Shown here piece after piece: positions 36,494-45,055 of a stretch of DNA of 45,055 bases (positions are counted from its first letter, which is position 1; the number at the start of each line of letters is the position of its first letter). The stretch is from contig DATNPI010000105.1 of assembly GCA_036703325.1 (NCBI GenBank), positions 1 through 45,055 on the forward strand, in the 5' to 3' direction. The notes beneath the pieces are model-generated. The model saw only the letters and a list, made by a program, of their open reading frames with translations, was not told the origin of the DNA and searched no databases. The translations under genes and the position numbers were made by a program. The stretch is from Coleofasciculaceae cyanobacterium. GTDB taxonomy: Bacteria > Cyanobacteriota > Cyanobacteriia > Cyanobacteriales > Coleofasciculaceae.

Positions 36494-37078
36494 ATGGTCA
36501 CACAGCCCGACCAAATCTTAGATGTAAACGAACCAGAACCCCCAAGCTGGGGATTGTGGCACCAGATTAAAGAAGACTGGATTGCTCATGGACGGGATTG
36601 GACTAAGCCTGGATTTCGGGCAGTAGCCGTTCATCGCTTTGGTGTCTGGAGAATGAAGGTCGAACCGAAGATTCTTCGGGCTCCTTTCAGCATTCTCTAC
36701 CGTGCGTTATTTCGCAAAATCCGGAACACCTATGGGATTGAATTGCCTTATAGTACCCAGCTTGGTCGCCGCGTAATCATCGAGCATCAAAGTGCCATTG
36801 TTATTCATGGGGATTGTGTGATCGGCGACGATTGCATTATTCGCCAAGGGGTGACGATGGGGAATCGCTATCTGGATCGCCCGTTTGATGCGCCAAAATT
36901 GGGTACCCGTGTCAACGTCGGTGCAGGGGCAAAAATCTTTGGTAATGTCACCATTGGCGATGGCGCAAACATTGGCGCTAATGCTGTTGTTCTGTGTGAC
37001 GTGCCAGCCGGAGCAACAGCGGTTGGAATACCGGCTAAAGTCATCAACTCTTCCAAGCCGGCGGACAAAGTTGGTTGA
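36494..37078 (+). CDS. Hexapeptide-repeat (left-handed beta-helix) O-acetyltransferase, serine-acetyltransferase-like
   Basis: The left-handed beta-helix region reads IHGDCVIGDDCIIRQGVTMGN...PKLGTRVNVGAGAKIFGNVTIGDGANIGANAVVLCDVPAGATAVGIPAKV. The track start is TTG 36461, and an ATG lies at 36494. Confidence 0.8.
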   Translation: MVTQPDQILDVNEPEPPSWGLWHQIKEDWIAHGRDWTKPGFRAVAVHRFGVWRMKVEPKILRAPFSILYRALFRKIRNTYGIELPYSTQLGRRVIIEHQSAIVIHGDCVIGDDCIIRQGVTMGNRYLDRPFDAPKLGTRVNVGAGAKIFGNVTIGDGANIGANAVVLCDVPAGATAVGIPAKVINSSKPADKVG

Positions 37079-37116
37079 AACTTCCTTACCGTCGCGCTGA
37101 TGAAAGCGATCGCATC

Positions 37117-38640
37117 TCAGGGAGCTTCCTCTGAAGTGATTTCTGATACGGGCAGGCTCGGTTCTTCTGGCAGGGGGAGCGAAGAATCGGTATCAGTGGA
37201 CACATCAGCAGATTCTTCCTGCTCTATCAGCCTCACTCCGTCTTCCGTCAGGATGACACCTGGAGTCTGTCTAGCCCATTGCTCAACAGATGCTCTTAGG
37301 GCTGGCACCTTCCAGATCAGGTTTTTGCGTTCAATGATTTCAGTCAAAGTAGGAATGTGCCAATCTGGATGCCCTAAATGTCGCTGTGGATTGGTTTCGA
37401 CAGGAGGGACAACTGTACACTGCTCCCTTGGTTTCCATCCGTGCCGTAATGCATTGTAGAGATATCCTGTCGCCTGCTTCGATTCCAATGCCCCCTTGGC
37501 AGATGCCTCGTAAAACGCATAAATCGCGTCTTCCAGATACTGGGGATTGTCGATGATGGCTTGATGGATTTTCGCAGCTTCTAGGTCAACGTTGAGGGCT
37601 TCCAGACGCTCTTGGTGCTTCCATAGGATTTCATGAATCTCTTCGTCGAGTTCTTCAATCCTGATACGGTACTGGCGAGGTTCTTGAGTTTGAACCGGAC
37701 GCCCAGAGTCAAACCACGATACTAACGCCGCCACCGCTTTGTCTGGGTCGAAATCTTGAGCCGACTCTTCAACGGCAACCTCTGTGTCACCTAACGAATC
37801 TTCTATATCACATAATGAGTCTTCTATCTCATCTGCTTCAGTTAAGTTTTGTAAAGCCGCGCCGGGGGAATTTTGATCTTCAACTGAATCTGTCAGTCTT
37901 TCCTGAGTAATTTCTTCATCGTCATCACCCAAGATAAGTATTTCTACTGGAGCTGAGAACTCACCTGTCACCTGCTGTTGGCTAGAGTTTAAATCTTTTT
38001 CGAAATCATTGTGCTTATTTGATTTGGAATTTGTATGGAATTCTTTATCTATAGAAGATTCTGCATTTTTGCAGATTGGATTCTGTGCTTGTGCAGATTG
38101 CTCTGTGCATTTTTGCAGATTGGCTCCACGAGAGCGTGGGCGGCGTTTAGGCGGAGTTGGCACAGGATCGGCATTGAATAACAGGTCAAAACCCGTGTCC
38201 TCAAAGATTTTTTGATAATTCAGCCAGTACCATTTGCGTTGGTTGTCCTCTTGGAAATGAGGAGCTTTAGTTACAAATCCGACATTGCGGTTTAAGTTGT
38301 AGAAGCGATCGCTAATCACCCAACCGCGCTGCTCCAGGTGGCGAATATGCCTGCCAATCTGATCAATTGACCACCAGGGGAATTGCTCTTGGAGTTCCTT
38401 GTACCCGAAATAAACCCGTTTCGTACCGTCTCGTAGCAGGTAGCCGCAATAGTCGTTTTGCATCCAGTAGTGAAGTCGCTGGACAAGGATGGCTAAGTCT
38501 GTATTGCCAAGGGATATAGCCAAGGGGTCAAAGCAGATGGTGTAGTAGACGGCTTTCTGTGGCAAGGCTGTGGAGGGCGCATGTTCTGTTGCTGCAACCA
38601 TTACTGCTGCCCTCCTTGGAGTGAACGGAGGCTTTTGCAC
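37117..38640 (-). CDS. Rep/DnaD-like wHTH protein with an acidic linker and a GWKP C-terminal module (function unknown)
   Basis: The track ORF is 507 aa with a GTG start, and an ATG lies at 38601. The N-terminal region LAILVQRLHYWMQN...VYFGYKELQEQFPWWSIDQIGRHIRHLEQRGWVISDR resembles the winged-helix part of plasmid/phage replication-organiser proteins. An acidic low-complexity middle follows. The C-terminal block is YLEDAIYAFYEASAKGALESKQATGYLYNALRHGWKP. Confidence 0.6.
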   Translation of the reverse strand: MQKPPFTPRRAAVMVAATEHAPSTALPQKAVYYTICFDPLAISLGNTDLAILVQRLHYWMQNDYCGYLLRDGTKRVYFGYKELQEQFPWWSIDQIGRHIRHLEQRGWVISDRFYNLNRNVGFVTKAPHFQEDNQRKWYWLNYQKIFEDTGFDLLFNADPVPTPPKRRPRSRGANLQKCTEQSAQAQNPICKNAESSIDKEFHTNSKSNKHNDFEKDLNSSQQQVTGEFSAPVEILILGDDDEEITQERLTDSVEDQNSPGAALQNLTEADEIEDSLCDIEDSLGDTEVAVEESAQDFDPDKAVAALVSWFDSGRPVQTQEPRQYRIRIEELDEEIHEILWKHQERLEALNVDLEAAKIHQAIIDNPQYLEDAIYAFYEASAKGALESKQATGYLYNALRHGWKPREQCTVVPPVETNPQRHLGHPDWHIPTLTEIIERKNLIWKVPALRASVEQWARQTPGVILTEDGVRLIEQEESADVSTDTDSSLPLPEEPSLPVSEITSEEAP

Positions 38641-39655
38641 AAAGTTCTCCGGTGTGTACTAGAAATTTGCCGTTTTGGAAAGGGTGGGATTTTTGCTAGA
38701 TTGGTGTCAAGCATGGAGCTATTGTTTCCATGAATGTTTACAAGCAAGAGCAGTTCAGGAGGTATTGCCAATAACGCACCTGGGCTGCTCTCTTAATTTT
38801 TGTGGGCTGTATATTATTTAACCCGATATTTCGCGCCAAACAATACCGATACACTGCATATCCATTGTTATGTCATTTTAACTTAATAAGGGGCATCAAG
38901 TTTTGAGTTGGCGCTTAAACTACATCTTCTGCATCAGCTCATTCTTCAATAGGAAAATTTGAGTTTTGCTACTTTCTGTCCACTAACAATTAACTATAAA
39001 AAGACTGGCAAATATATTCTCACAACCTATTATTTTTGATGGATTTATTCCGAGAATATTTTAAGATTTAGGGCTTGTATGTCCCGGATTGAAGGCATAA
39101 AAGCAGAATCTAAAAGTCCGTACATATGTCTTAAACCAAGCCCGGTAATGCTCGACATTTCATCAAAATTTGTTTTTGATAATAGCAGGGAATTTAATTC
39201 ATCTAGGTCAGGTAAACTTTCCTAGATTGAAAACAAAGGACATTGAGTGCACTCAGGTTTTCAGGCTCTCATCTCGCTTTAACTTCATTGAGAGTAAATC
39301 TTCGAGTCCCAGCTGGTAAAGTTTTTGTGAAAGCGCTGGCGGACTCTGTAGTTTATCTGTTATCAAGGGTACGTCCGCCTGGAGCCGAAAAAATGGCTAG
39401 AGGTTTCCTGTGCGTCAGAGCAAACACTTGAATATTTAGGAGTTGTGGGAATCGTGCATCAGCTTTGTCGAATATGGACACTTGCGTTGCCAGTTTTACC
39501 TAAGACCGCCAAAGGCTCCCGCTCTTTCCACAAGGGGTGGCGGTGGGATAAACGGCAGGCATAAGCTTGAACTTAGACCAGTTTAGCCACTGAAGCTGAA
39601 GCCGAAAATTACAAAGAGAGCGGACTAGGGGAAAGCATGTCACGAGGAAACTAGG

Positions 39656-40201
39656 ATGAACATCATACCCACAGATATTCCTGATGTTTTTGTTATTGAA
39701 CCCCGAGTCTTTGGAGACGATCGCGGTTTTTTCTTTGAAAGCAGCAACGAGAAAGTCTTCGCCGAAAAGACTGGAGTAGTCACTCATTTCGTCCAATCGA
39801 ATCATTCGCGTTCCGTCAAAAATGTCCTGCGTGGCTTGCACTATCAAATTCAACAACCTCAAGGGAAGTTGGTGCGTGTCATCGTTGGCGAGGTGTTTGA
39901 TGTAGCTGTCGATCTGAGAAAAAGCTCTCCGACTTTTGGGCAGTGGGTTAGCACCCTACTGAGTGCGGAGAATAAACGACAAATGTGGGTACCTGAAGGG
40001 TTTGCCCACGGCTTTTTTGTTGTCTCAGACGTGGCTGAAGTCTTGTACAAAACGACCGATTACTATGCTCCCCAGTATGAGCGCTCCGTCATCTGGAATG
40101 ACCCGGATTTAGCGATCGCTTGGCCTCTCACAGCAGACCCAATCTTATCGGCAAAAGACCAAAAAGGTCTGCGCTTCAAGGAAGCTGAGGTATTTTCATG
40201 A
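39656..40201 (+). CDS. rfbC: dTDP-4-dehydrorhamnose 3,5-epimerase
   Basis: This ORF is 181 aa. The motifs are DDRGFFFE, RGLHYQ, QGKLVRVIVGEVFDVAVDLRKSSPTFGQW, VPEGFAHGF and YYAPQYERSVIWNDPDL. Confidence 0.95.
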   Translation: MNIIPTDIPDVFVIEPRVFGDDRGFFFESSNEKVFAEKTGVVTHFVQSNHSRSVKNVLRGLHYQIQQPQGKLVRVIVGEVFDVAVDLRKSSPTFGQWVSTLLSAENKRQMWVPEGFAHGFFVVSDVAEVLYKTTDYYAPQYERSVIWNDPDLAIAWPLTADPILSAKDQKGLRFKEAEVFS

Positions 40202-41133
40202 GACGAATCTTACTCATCGGTTCCAATGGACAAGTAGGTCAGGAACTGCAACAAACCCTAGCCAGCTTGGGGGATGTAATTAGTGTGGGGCGCGAAACCC
40301 TAGATTTAGCGCAACAAACCAGCATTCGTCAGGCAATCAGAGAAGCGAGTCCCGACGTAATCGTCAATGCGGCAGCCTACACAGCTGTTGACAAGGCAGA
40401 AACGGAAACAGAACTTGCACACGCGATCAATGCCGTTGCTCCCCAGATCATGGCGGAGGAAGCCCAACAGATTGGAGCAGCCCTGTTTCACATTTCTACA
40501 GATTACGTCTTCGATGGTCGGAAAAATACGCCCTACATGGAGGACGATACCACCAACACGCTCAGTGCCTACGGCAAATCCAAGCTCCTAGGAGAGGATG
40601 GGATTCGTAAGACCAGTGTTAGCACAGAGGCTCCAAAGGAGCTTCGCTATATTATTCTCAGAACAGCCTGGGTCTATGGCACTCACGGCAAAAGTAACTT
40701 TGTCAAAACCATGGTGAGACTCTTCGCCGAGCGCGACGAGGTTCGCGTGGTTGCCGATCAGGTGGGTACCCCTACGTGGGCAAACGATATTGCCCAAGCG
40801 ATCGCCTTATTGGTGCCCCAACTAGACCCAGAAGAAGCACAGCCATCTCCCCTTACAGGTATCTATCACTTTACCAATAGTGGTGTTGCCAGTTGGTATG
40901 ACTTTGCCATTGCCATCTTTGAGGAAGCTAAGTTGCTTGGCTTCCCGATGAAAGTGCAGCGCATTGTGCCAATTACAACGCCTGAATATCCTACGCCGGC
41001 TCAGCGTCCGGCTTATTCGGTGCTGTCTGGAAAGAAGGTATCAGCTGCCTTAGGAACGTATCCTCCCTATTGGCGGGATGCACTTAGGCAAATGCTTCGA
41101 GACTATTACTCTTACACTAATCAACACTCATGA
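40198..41133 (+). CDS. rfbD: dTDP-4-dehydrorhamnose reductase
   Basis: This ORF is 311 aa. The motifs are ILLIGSNGQVGQEL, NAAAYTAVDKAE, STDYVFDG, YGKSKLLGE and RPAYSVL. An ATGA overlap links it to rfbC. Confidence 0.95.
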   Translation: MRRILLIGSNGQVGQELQQTLASLGDVISVGRETLDLAQQTSIRQAIREASPDVIVNAAAYTAVDKAETETELAHAINAVAPQIMAEEAQQIGAALFHISTDYVFDGRKNTPYMEDDTTNTLSAYGKSKLLGEDGIRKTSVSTEAPKELRYIILRTAWVYGTHGKSNFVKTMVRLFAERDEVRVVADQVGTPTWANDIAQAIALLVPQLDPEEAQPSPLTGIYHFTNSGVASWYDFAIAIFEEAKLLGFPMKVQRIVPITTPEYPTPAQRPAYSVLSGKKVSAALGTYPPYWRDALRQMLRDYYSYTNQHS

Positions 41134-42203
41134 AAGCAATTATCCTCTCTGGCGGTAAAGGGACACGCTTGCGACCCCTCACGTATACAGGGGCAAAGCA
41201 ACTCGTTCCTGTTGCTAATAAGCCGATTTTGTGGTATGGAATTGAAGCTATTGTCGAGGCAGGGATTACCGACATCGGCATTATCATCAGCCCAGAAACC
41301 GGACATGAGGTAAAAAGTAAAACCGGAAATGGCGATCGCTTCGGAGCCAAGATTACCTATATCCTGCAAGATCAGCCAGCGGGTCTGGCTCACGCCGTAA
41401 AAATAGCCCAGCCTTTTCTTGAGGATTCACCGTTTGTGATGTATCTGGGAGACAACCTCGTTCAAAGCGAGTTGGGTCTATTCTTGGAGAAGTTTAAGAC
41501 CAAAAACCTGGATGCTTTAACACTACTGTGCTCGGTTCCCAATCCCAGTGCCTTTGGTGTTGCCACGATTGATGAAGACGGGCGAGTGTTGCAGCTTGTG
41601 GAAAAACCCAAAGATCCCCCTTCTAATCTGGCGCTTGTCGGCATTTACCTGTTCTCCAACGTTATTCACCACGCCATCTCCTGTATTCAACCCTCCGCCC
41701 GAGGTGAACTGGAAATCACCGATGCGATTCAATTTCTGATTGACCAGCAAAAAAAAGTGGAAGCCTATCAACTACAAGGCTGGTGGCTGGATACAGGGAA
41801 AAAAGATGACCTCCTAGAAGCTAATCGGATTATTCTGGATACCTGTCTAAACTCTGCCATTGAGGGTGAAGTGGACGACAAGAGTCAGGTCATTGGGCGG
41901 GTGCAGATTGGATCGGGAACTCAAGTTATCAATTGCACAATTCGGGGTCCGGTGACGATTGGCAGTGGCTGCCACCTAGAAAATTGCTTTATCGGTCCTT
42001 ACAGCAGTGTTGCTGACCAAGTCACCCTAATTGATGCAGACCTTGAGCATAGTGTGATTTTACAGGGTGCTAAAGTGACGGGAATTCATCAACGGATTGT
42101 TGACAGTGTGATTGGACAACGAGCACATCTGAAGCTTGCGCCACAGCGCCCGAAGGCTTTACGTTTCCTCATCGGAGACGACAGTCAAATCGAACTAGCT
42201 TGA
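41130..42203 (+). CDS. rfbA: Glucose-1-phosphate thymidylyltransferase (long form with a C-terminal beta-helix)
   Basis: The N-terminus is MKAIILSGGKGTRLRPLTYTGAKQLVPVANKPIL. Further motifs are QPAGLAHAV and YLGDN. The C-terminal hexapeptide-like region brings it to 357 aa. An ATGA overlap links it to rfbD. Confidence 0.9.
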   Translation: MKAIILSGGKGTRLRPLTYTGAKQLVPVANKPILWYGIEAIVEAGITDIGIIISPETGHEVKSKTGNGDRFGAKITYILQDQPAGLAHAVKIAQPFLEDSPFVMYLGDNLVQSELGLFLEKFKTKNLDALTLLCSVPNPSAFGVATIDEDGRVLQLVEKPKDPPSNLALVGIYLFSNVIHHAISCIQPSARGELEITDAIQFLIDQQKKVEAYQLQGWWLDTGKKDDLLEANRIILDTCLNSAIEGEVDDKSQVIGRVQIGSGTQVINCTIRGPVTIGSGCHLENCFIGPYSSVADQVTLIDADLEHSVILQGAKVTGIHQRIVDSVIGQRAHLKLAPQRPKALRFLIGDDSQIELA

Positions 42204-42212
42204 ACATTGGCT

Positions 42213-42374
42213 AAAGGATGAAGTATGAAGGATGAAAAACTCCTTCCTTCATCCAGGAATTGGAAGAAGTTTTAAACTCCCACCAATTAATTTCCACCAT
42301 TTTTTGGGGGTGGAGGTCTCTAACCTAACCAGTGTTCCGTATTTCACACTTCATACTTTACACTTCATACTTCA
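42213..42374. repeat. GAAGGATGAA-family inverted-repeat element inserted between rfbA and rfbB
   Basis: The left arm is AAAGGATGAAGTATGAAGGATGAAAAA (42213-42239), with a local hairpin ATGAAGGA / TCCTTCAT (42225-42232 / 42245-42252). The right arm carries tandem CACTTCATACTT copies (42346-42357 and 42361-42372). AAGTATGAAG is the reverse complement of CTTCATACTT. Confidence 0.5.
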
Positions 42375-42375
42375 A

Positions 42376-43473
42376 ATGACATTTTCTGCAAACGAACAGC
42401 CGATATCTAGAGAATCTCGCCGAGTACTGATTACGGGGGGTGCCGGGTTCATCGGCTCGAATTTTGTACATCACTGGTGTGAGCAGTACCCAGGCGATCG
42501 CGTGGTCGTTCTTGATGCCCTTACTTATGCCGGGAATCCCAAAAATATAGCGGATTTGGAAGGACAGGCTAATTTTCGATTTGTCCAAGGCGACATCTGT
42601 AATCGTCCCTTGGTCAATGCCCTACTCCGAGAAGAAGAGATCGACACAGTCGCTCACTTTGCTGCTGAATCCCACGTTGACCGATCAATCTTAGAACCCG
42701 ATGCGTTTATTCGCACCAATGTTATAGGCACGTTCACACTATTGGAAGCGTTTCGGCATCACTGGGAGAAAAGGAGTCGCCTGTCTAGTGATCGCTTTCT
42801 TCATGTTTCCACCGATGAAGTGTATGGTAGCCTCGGTCCTGATGATCCTGCATTTTCTGAAACCACACCTTACGCGCCTAACAGTCCCTACTCCGCATCC
42901 AAAGCTGGCAGCGATCATCTAGCCCGCGCCTACTATCACACCTATAATGTACCGACCATAATCACCAATTGCTCCAATAACTATGGTTCTTACCATTACC
43001 CCGAAAAATTGATTCCCTTGATGTGTATCAATATCCTACTAGGCAAACCACTGCCTGTATACGGGGATGGACAGAACATTCGGGATTGGCTATTTGTCAA
43101 GGACCATTGCCGTGCTCTAGATGTTGTGATCCATCGCGGTACTCCTGGCGAAACATATAACATTGGTGGCAACAACGAAGTCAAAAATATTGACCTCGTT
43201 CATACCCTGTGCGAACTGATGAATGAGTTAGCCCCTCACCTGCCAGTAGAACCCGCTCAAAAGCTGATTACCTTTGTAAAGGATCGACCCGGTCATGATC
43301 GCCGCTACGCCATTGACGCTACTAAGATCCGCACCGAACTGGGGTGGACTCCAGCAGAAACACTGGAAGGAGGACTCCGTCAAACCATTGAGTGGTACCT
43401 GACTCACCGGGATTGGTGGCAGCCCTTGCTATCGGAAGAGTATCAAGCCTACTATCGCCAAGTCTACGCCTAG
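42376..43473 (+). CDS. rfbB: dTDP-glucose 4,6-dehydratase
   Basis: From the ATG at 42376 it reads MTFSANEQPISRESRRVLITGGAGFIGSNF. Further motifs are YSASKAGSDH (YxxxK) and DRPGHDRRYAID. The track ORF start at 42232 would translate the repeat element, so I reject that start. Confidence 0.93.
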   Translation: MTFSANEQPISRESRRVLITGGAGFIGSNFVHHWCEQYPGDRVVVLDALTYAGNPKNIADLEGQANFRFVQGDICNRPLVNALLREEEIDTVAHFAAESHVDRSILEPDAFIRTNVIGTFTLLEAFRHHWEKRSRLSSDRFLHVSTDEVYGSLGPDDPAFSETTPYAPNSPYSASKAGSDHLARAYYHTYNVPTIITNCSNNYGSYHYPEKLIPLMCINILLGKPLPVYGDGQNIRDWLFVKDHCRALDVVIHRGTPGETYNIGGNNEVKNIDLVHTLCELMNELAPHLPVEPAQKLITFVKDRPGHDRRYAIDATKIRTELGWTPAETLEGGLRQTIEWYLTHRDWWQPLLSEEYQAYYRQVYA

Positions 43474-43495
43474 AGTTTACTTTTCAGGAGAACGA

Positions 43496-43535
43496 CCCAC
43501 CGCTATTAACCGCCTAGGTTATAGCGGGGGTTTTT
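43496..43535 (+). terminator. Intrinsic terminator of the rfb operon
   Basis: The stem CCCACCGCTAT (43496-43506) / ATAGCGGGGG (43521-43530) is followed by TTTTT (43531-43535), ~25 bp after the rfbB stop. Confidence 0.6.
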
Positions 43536-43739
43536 AGTAGTCCGACAGGTAAACTCAAGAGGTATTGAACCTCTTAAATTTCCCTTCATGCCTCTGACTG
43601 CTATACCCGTAGAAGTTGAGGGGATTCACTAGAGGTTTTCAATAAGACTTATAGTTTCTCTCAAACTTGCCTGATTAGTTAAATTAATCAAAACTCGTAG
43701 GCTGAATTTTTAGCTCACCTCCATCTATACATTTTAGAT

Positions 43740-44798
43740 ATGAATTTGTTTGTCTTGTCGGAACTACAGTTTACAGAAAATCATGTCGGATGGTTAGCAA
43801 GCTACGATCTTGAAGAGGTTCTAGCAGAAACCTGCAATGCAACATTTATCTATCCAGAACCTAATGATAAAATTCGGCTTCTCAAGCGTTACAGACATCG
43901 AATATTTAAATCATGGTATAAGGCCAACGAATTACCTACGCTAGGCGAAGCCCCCAATGTTCTTTTACTAATAGGGATGACCTGCGAATCGTTACTGATG
44001 ATGTTGTCCCTTGGTTCTCTAATTGAAAATTTTGATGTCCGACTAGCCTATTTATTTGATATATATGAACCCCAATATCTGGATCGAGATGTAATTCCAT
44101 ACTTGGATTATTTATTTCTCCCAATTGCTGAGATTGCGGATGAAGTGAATGAAAAACTTCGGATGACTACAACGTTTCTGCCCCATGCCTTTAATGTACT
44201 AAAATTCGGCTCTAATCAACGTCATCGATGTATCGATGTAATGAGCTATGGCAGAGGCAATGTAGAACTACACAAATGTTTACAAGAAAAATTTAACCAA
44301 GTAGAAAATAACCATACTTATTTTCATTCTACGTTTACATTGCCTCAAGTCAATAGTTACAAAGAACACAGAATGTTATTGTCAAAGTTGTTATCAAAAT
44401 CAAAAATAAACTTATGTTTTGAACCCAGCAAAGAGGAACGATTTCAAGGACATTCTCCACTCTTGACCCGTTGGTTTGAGGGGTGGGCAGCAGGTTGTAC
44501 GATTGTTGGTAAAAGACCATTCGGTAAAAAAGTGGCTGATTTACTTGACTGGCAAAATAGCACGATTGAAATTCCAGATACCCCCTCGGAATGGCTTCCA
44601 TTTTTTGAAGACTTATTAAGTGACAATGAAAGGCTCTTAGCCAATTCGGAAAGAAATTACCGGGAATGTCTCTTGAGGCATGACTGGCGCTATCGAGTCA
44701 GAGATATGTTTCAAACTGTAGGCTTACCAATTCCAGAAAAGCTTAATGAGGAAATTGGACAATTGAAACAAAAAGCTCAATTAGGATTAATCAGCTAG
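43740..44798 (+). CDS. Hypothetical protein, possibly a CgeB-like/GT-B-type glycosyltransferase C-terminal domain
   Basis: This 352-aa ORF is AT-rich. The segments SPLLTRWFEGWAAGCTIVG and ...CLLRHDWRYRVRDMF resemble the Glyco_trans_1_2-type C-terminal region. The match is weak. Confidence 0.4.
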   Translation: MNLFVLSELQFTENHVGWLASYDLEEVLAETCNATFIYPEPNDKIRLLKRYRHRIFKSWYKANELPTLGEAPNVLLLIGMTCESLLMMLSLGSLIENFDVRLAYLFDIYEPQYLDRDVIPYLDYLFLPIAEIADEVNEKLRMTTTFLPHAFNVLKFGSNQRHRCIDVMSYGRGNVELHKCLQEKFNQVENNHTYFHSTFTLPQVNSYKEHRMLLSKLLSKSKINLCFEPSKEERFQGHSPLLTRWFEGWAAGCTIVGKRPFGKKVADLLDWQNSTIEIPDTPSEWLPFFEDLLSDNERLLANSERNYRECLLRHDWRYRVRDMFQTVGLPIPEKLNEEIGQLKQKAQLGLIS

Positions 44799-45055
44799 TC
44801 ACGGGAAGTGAGAATACTAAAACAGAAAAGACTGCGCAACGTAAAGAACTACATTATGATAGTAGTTATAAATTCTTCAAACTTTATTCTATGACTAGTC
44901 ATTAAAAGTTCTTTATAAGTAATAATTTTCCTGCACCTACTTCAACAACGGTTTTCCCTTTATTAGTGAGCTTTTGCTATTTTTACAAGAGATATATCGC
45001 CCGACTAACTGGTTGTAAAACGTGAGTAAAGGAAAAAGTAAACATTCTGAAATAC

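Noticed and set aside
37100-37459. 119-aa plus-strand ORF
   Set aside because: It is antisense to the 3' end of the 507-aa Rep-like gene and has Ser/Gly/Cys-rich, non-protein-like composition.
39500-39862. 120-aa minus-strand ORF
   Set aside because: It overlaps the start of the confidently identified rfbC on the opposite strand.
42232-42375. 48-codon N-terminal extension of rfbB in the ORF track
   Set aside because: The extension translates the GAAGGATGAA repeat element (FTLHTLHFILQ etc.). The dehydratase Rossmann motif begins right after the ATG at 42376, as in normal RfbB proteins.
1-45055. Search for CRISPR arrays, tRNA/rRNA genes and STRR-type heptamer repeats
   Set aside because: I saw no regularly spaced 25-40-bp direct repeats, no tRNA T-arm or acceptor signatures (GGTTCGAATCC-like with a matching acceptor stem), and no rRNA-like segments. 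The only pervasive short motif is HIP1 (GCGATCGC), a genome-wide cyanobacterial feature rather than a local element.

Overview
The window is cyanobacterial: it has many HIP1 GCGATCGC sites and a canonical psbA. It holds a mosaic surface/extracellular-polysaccharide locus. The sugar backbone consists of the following genes. A BcsC-like TPR protein and an OprB-like barrel protein lie on the minus strand at 1-4300 and are translationally coupled. Then come a GT26 transferase, a Wzc-like co-polymerase/kinase, a GT4, a Wzx flippase and a GMC oxidoreductase. After these are a HAD-fusion protein, further GT-A/GT4/GT2 transferases including a tandem paralogue pair, and a hexapeptide acetyltransferase. 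A complete dTDP-rhamnose operon (rfbC-D-A-B) and one more GT-like gene finish the set. Foreign or mobile material interrupts this backbone repeatedly. It includes a decayed IS630 element and an intact IS200/IS605 element (tnpA+tnpB) that has cleanly split a wHTH gene. It also includes MITE-like palindromic repeats, one of which sits inside the rfb operon. A block of about 9 kb (17.5-26.8 kb) carries small unknown genes plus a stand-alone psbA, and a Rep-like wHTH gene lies at 37.1-38.6 kb. I saw no tRNA, rRNA or CRISPR array. The most unusual points are listed here. (a) Three proteins in one window share a C-terminal ...ALR-x-GWKP-type module. (b) The 9-kb insert is bracketed by paralogous small ORFs. 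(c) The barrel and TPR proteins form a pair next to a Wzx/Wzc locus. (d) The IS605/TnpB insertion can be reconstructed exactly. All functional calls come from motif recognition by eye, and no database search was possible.
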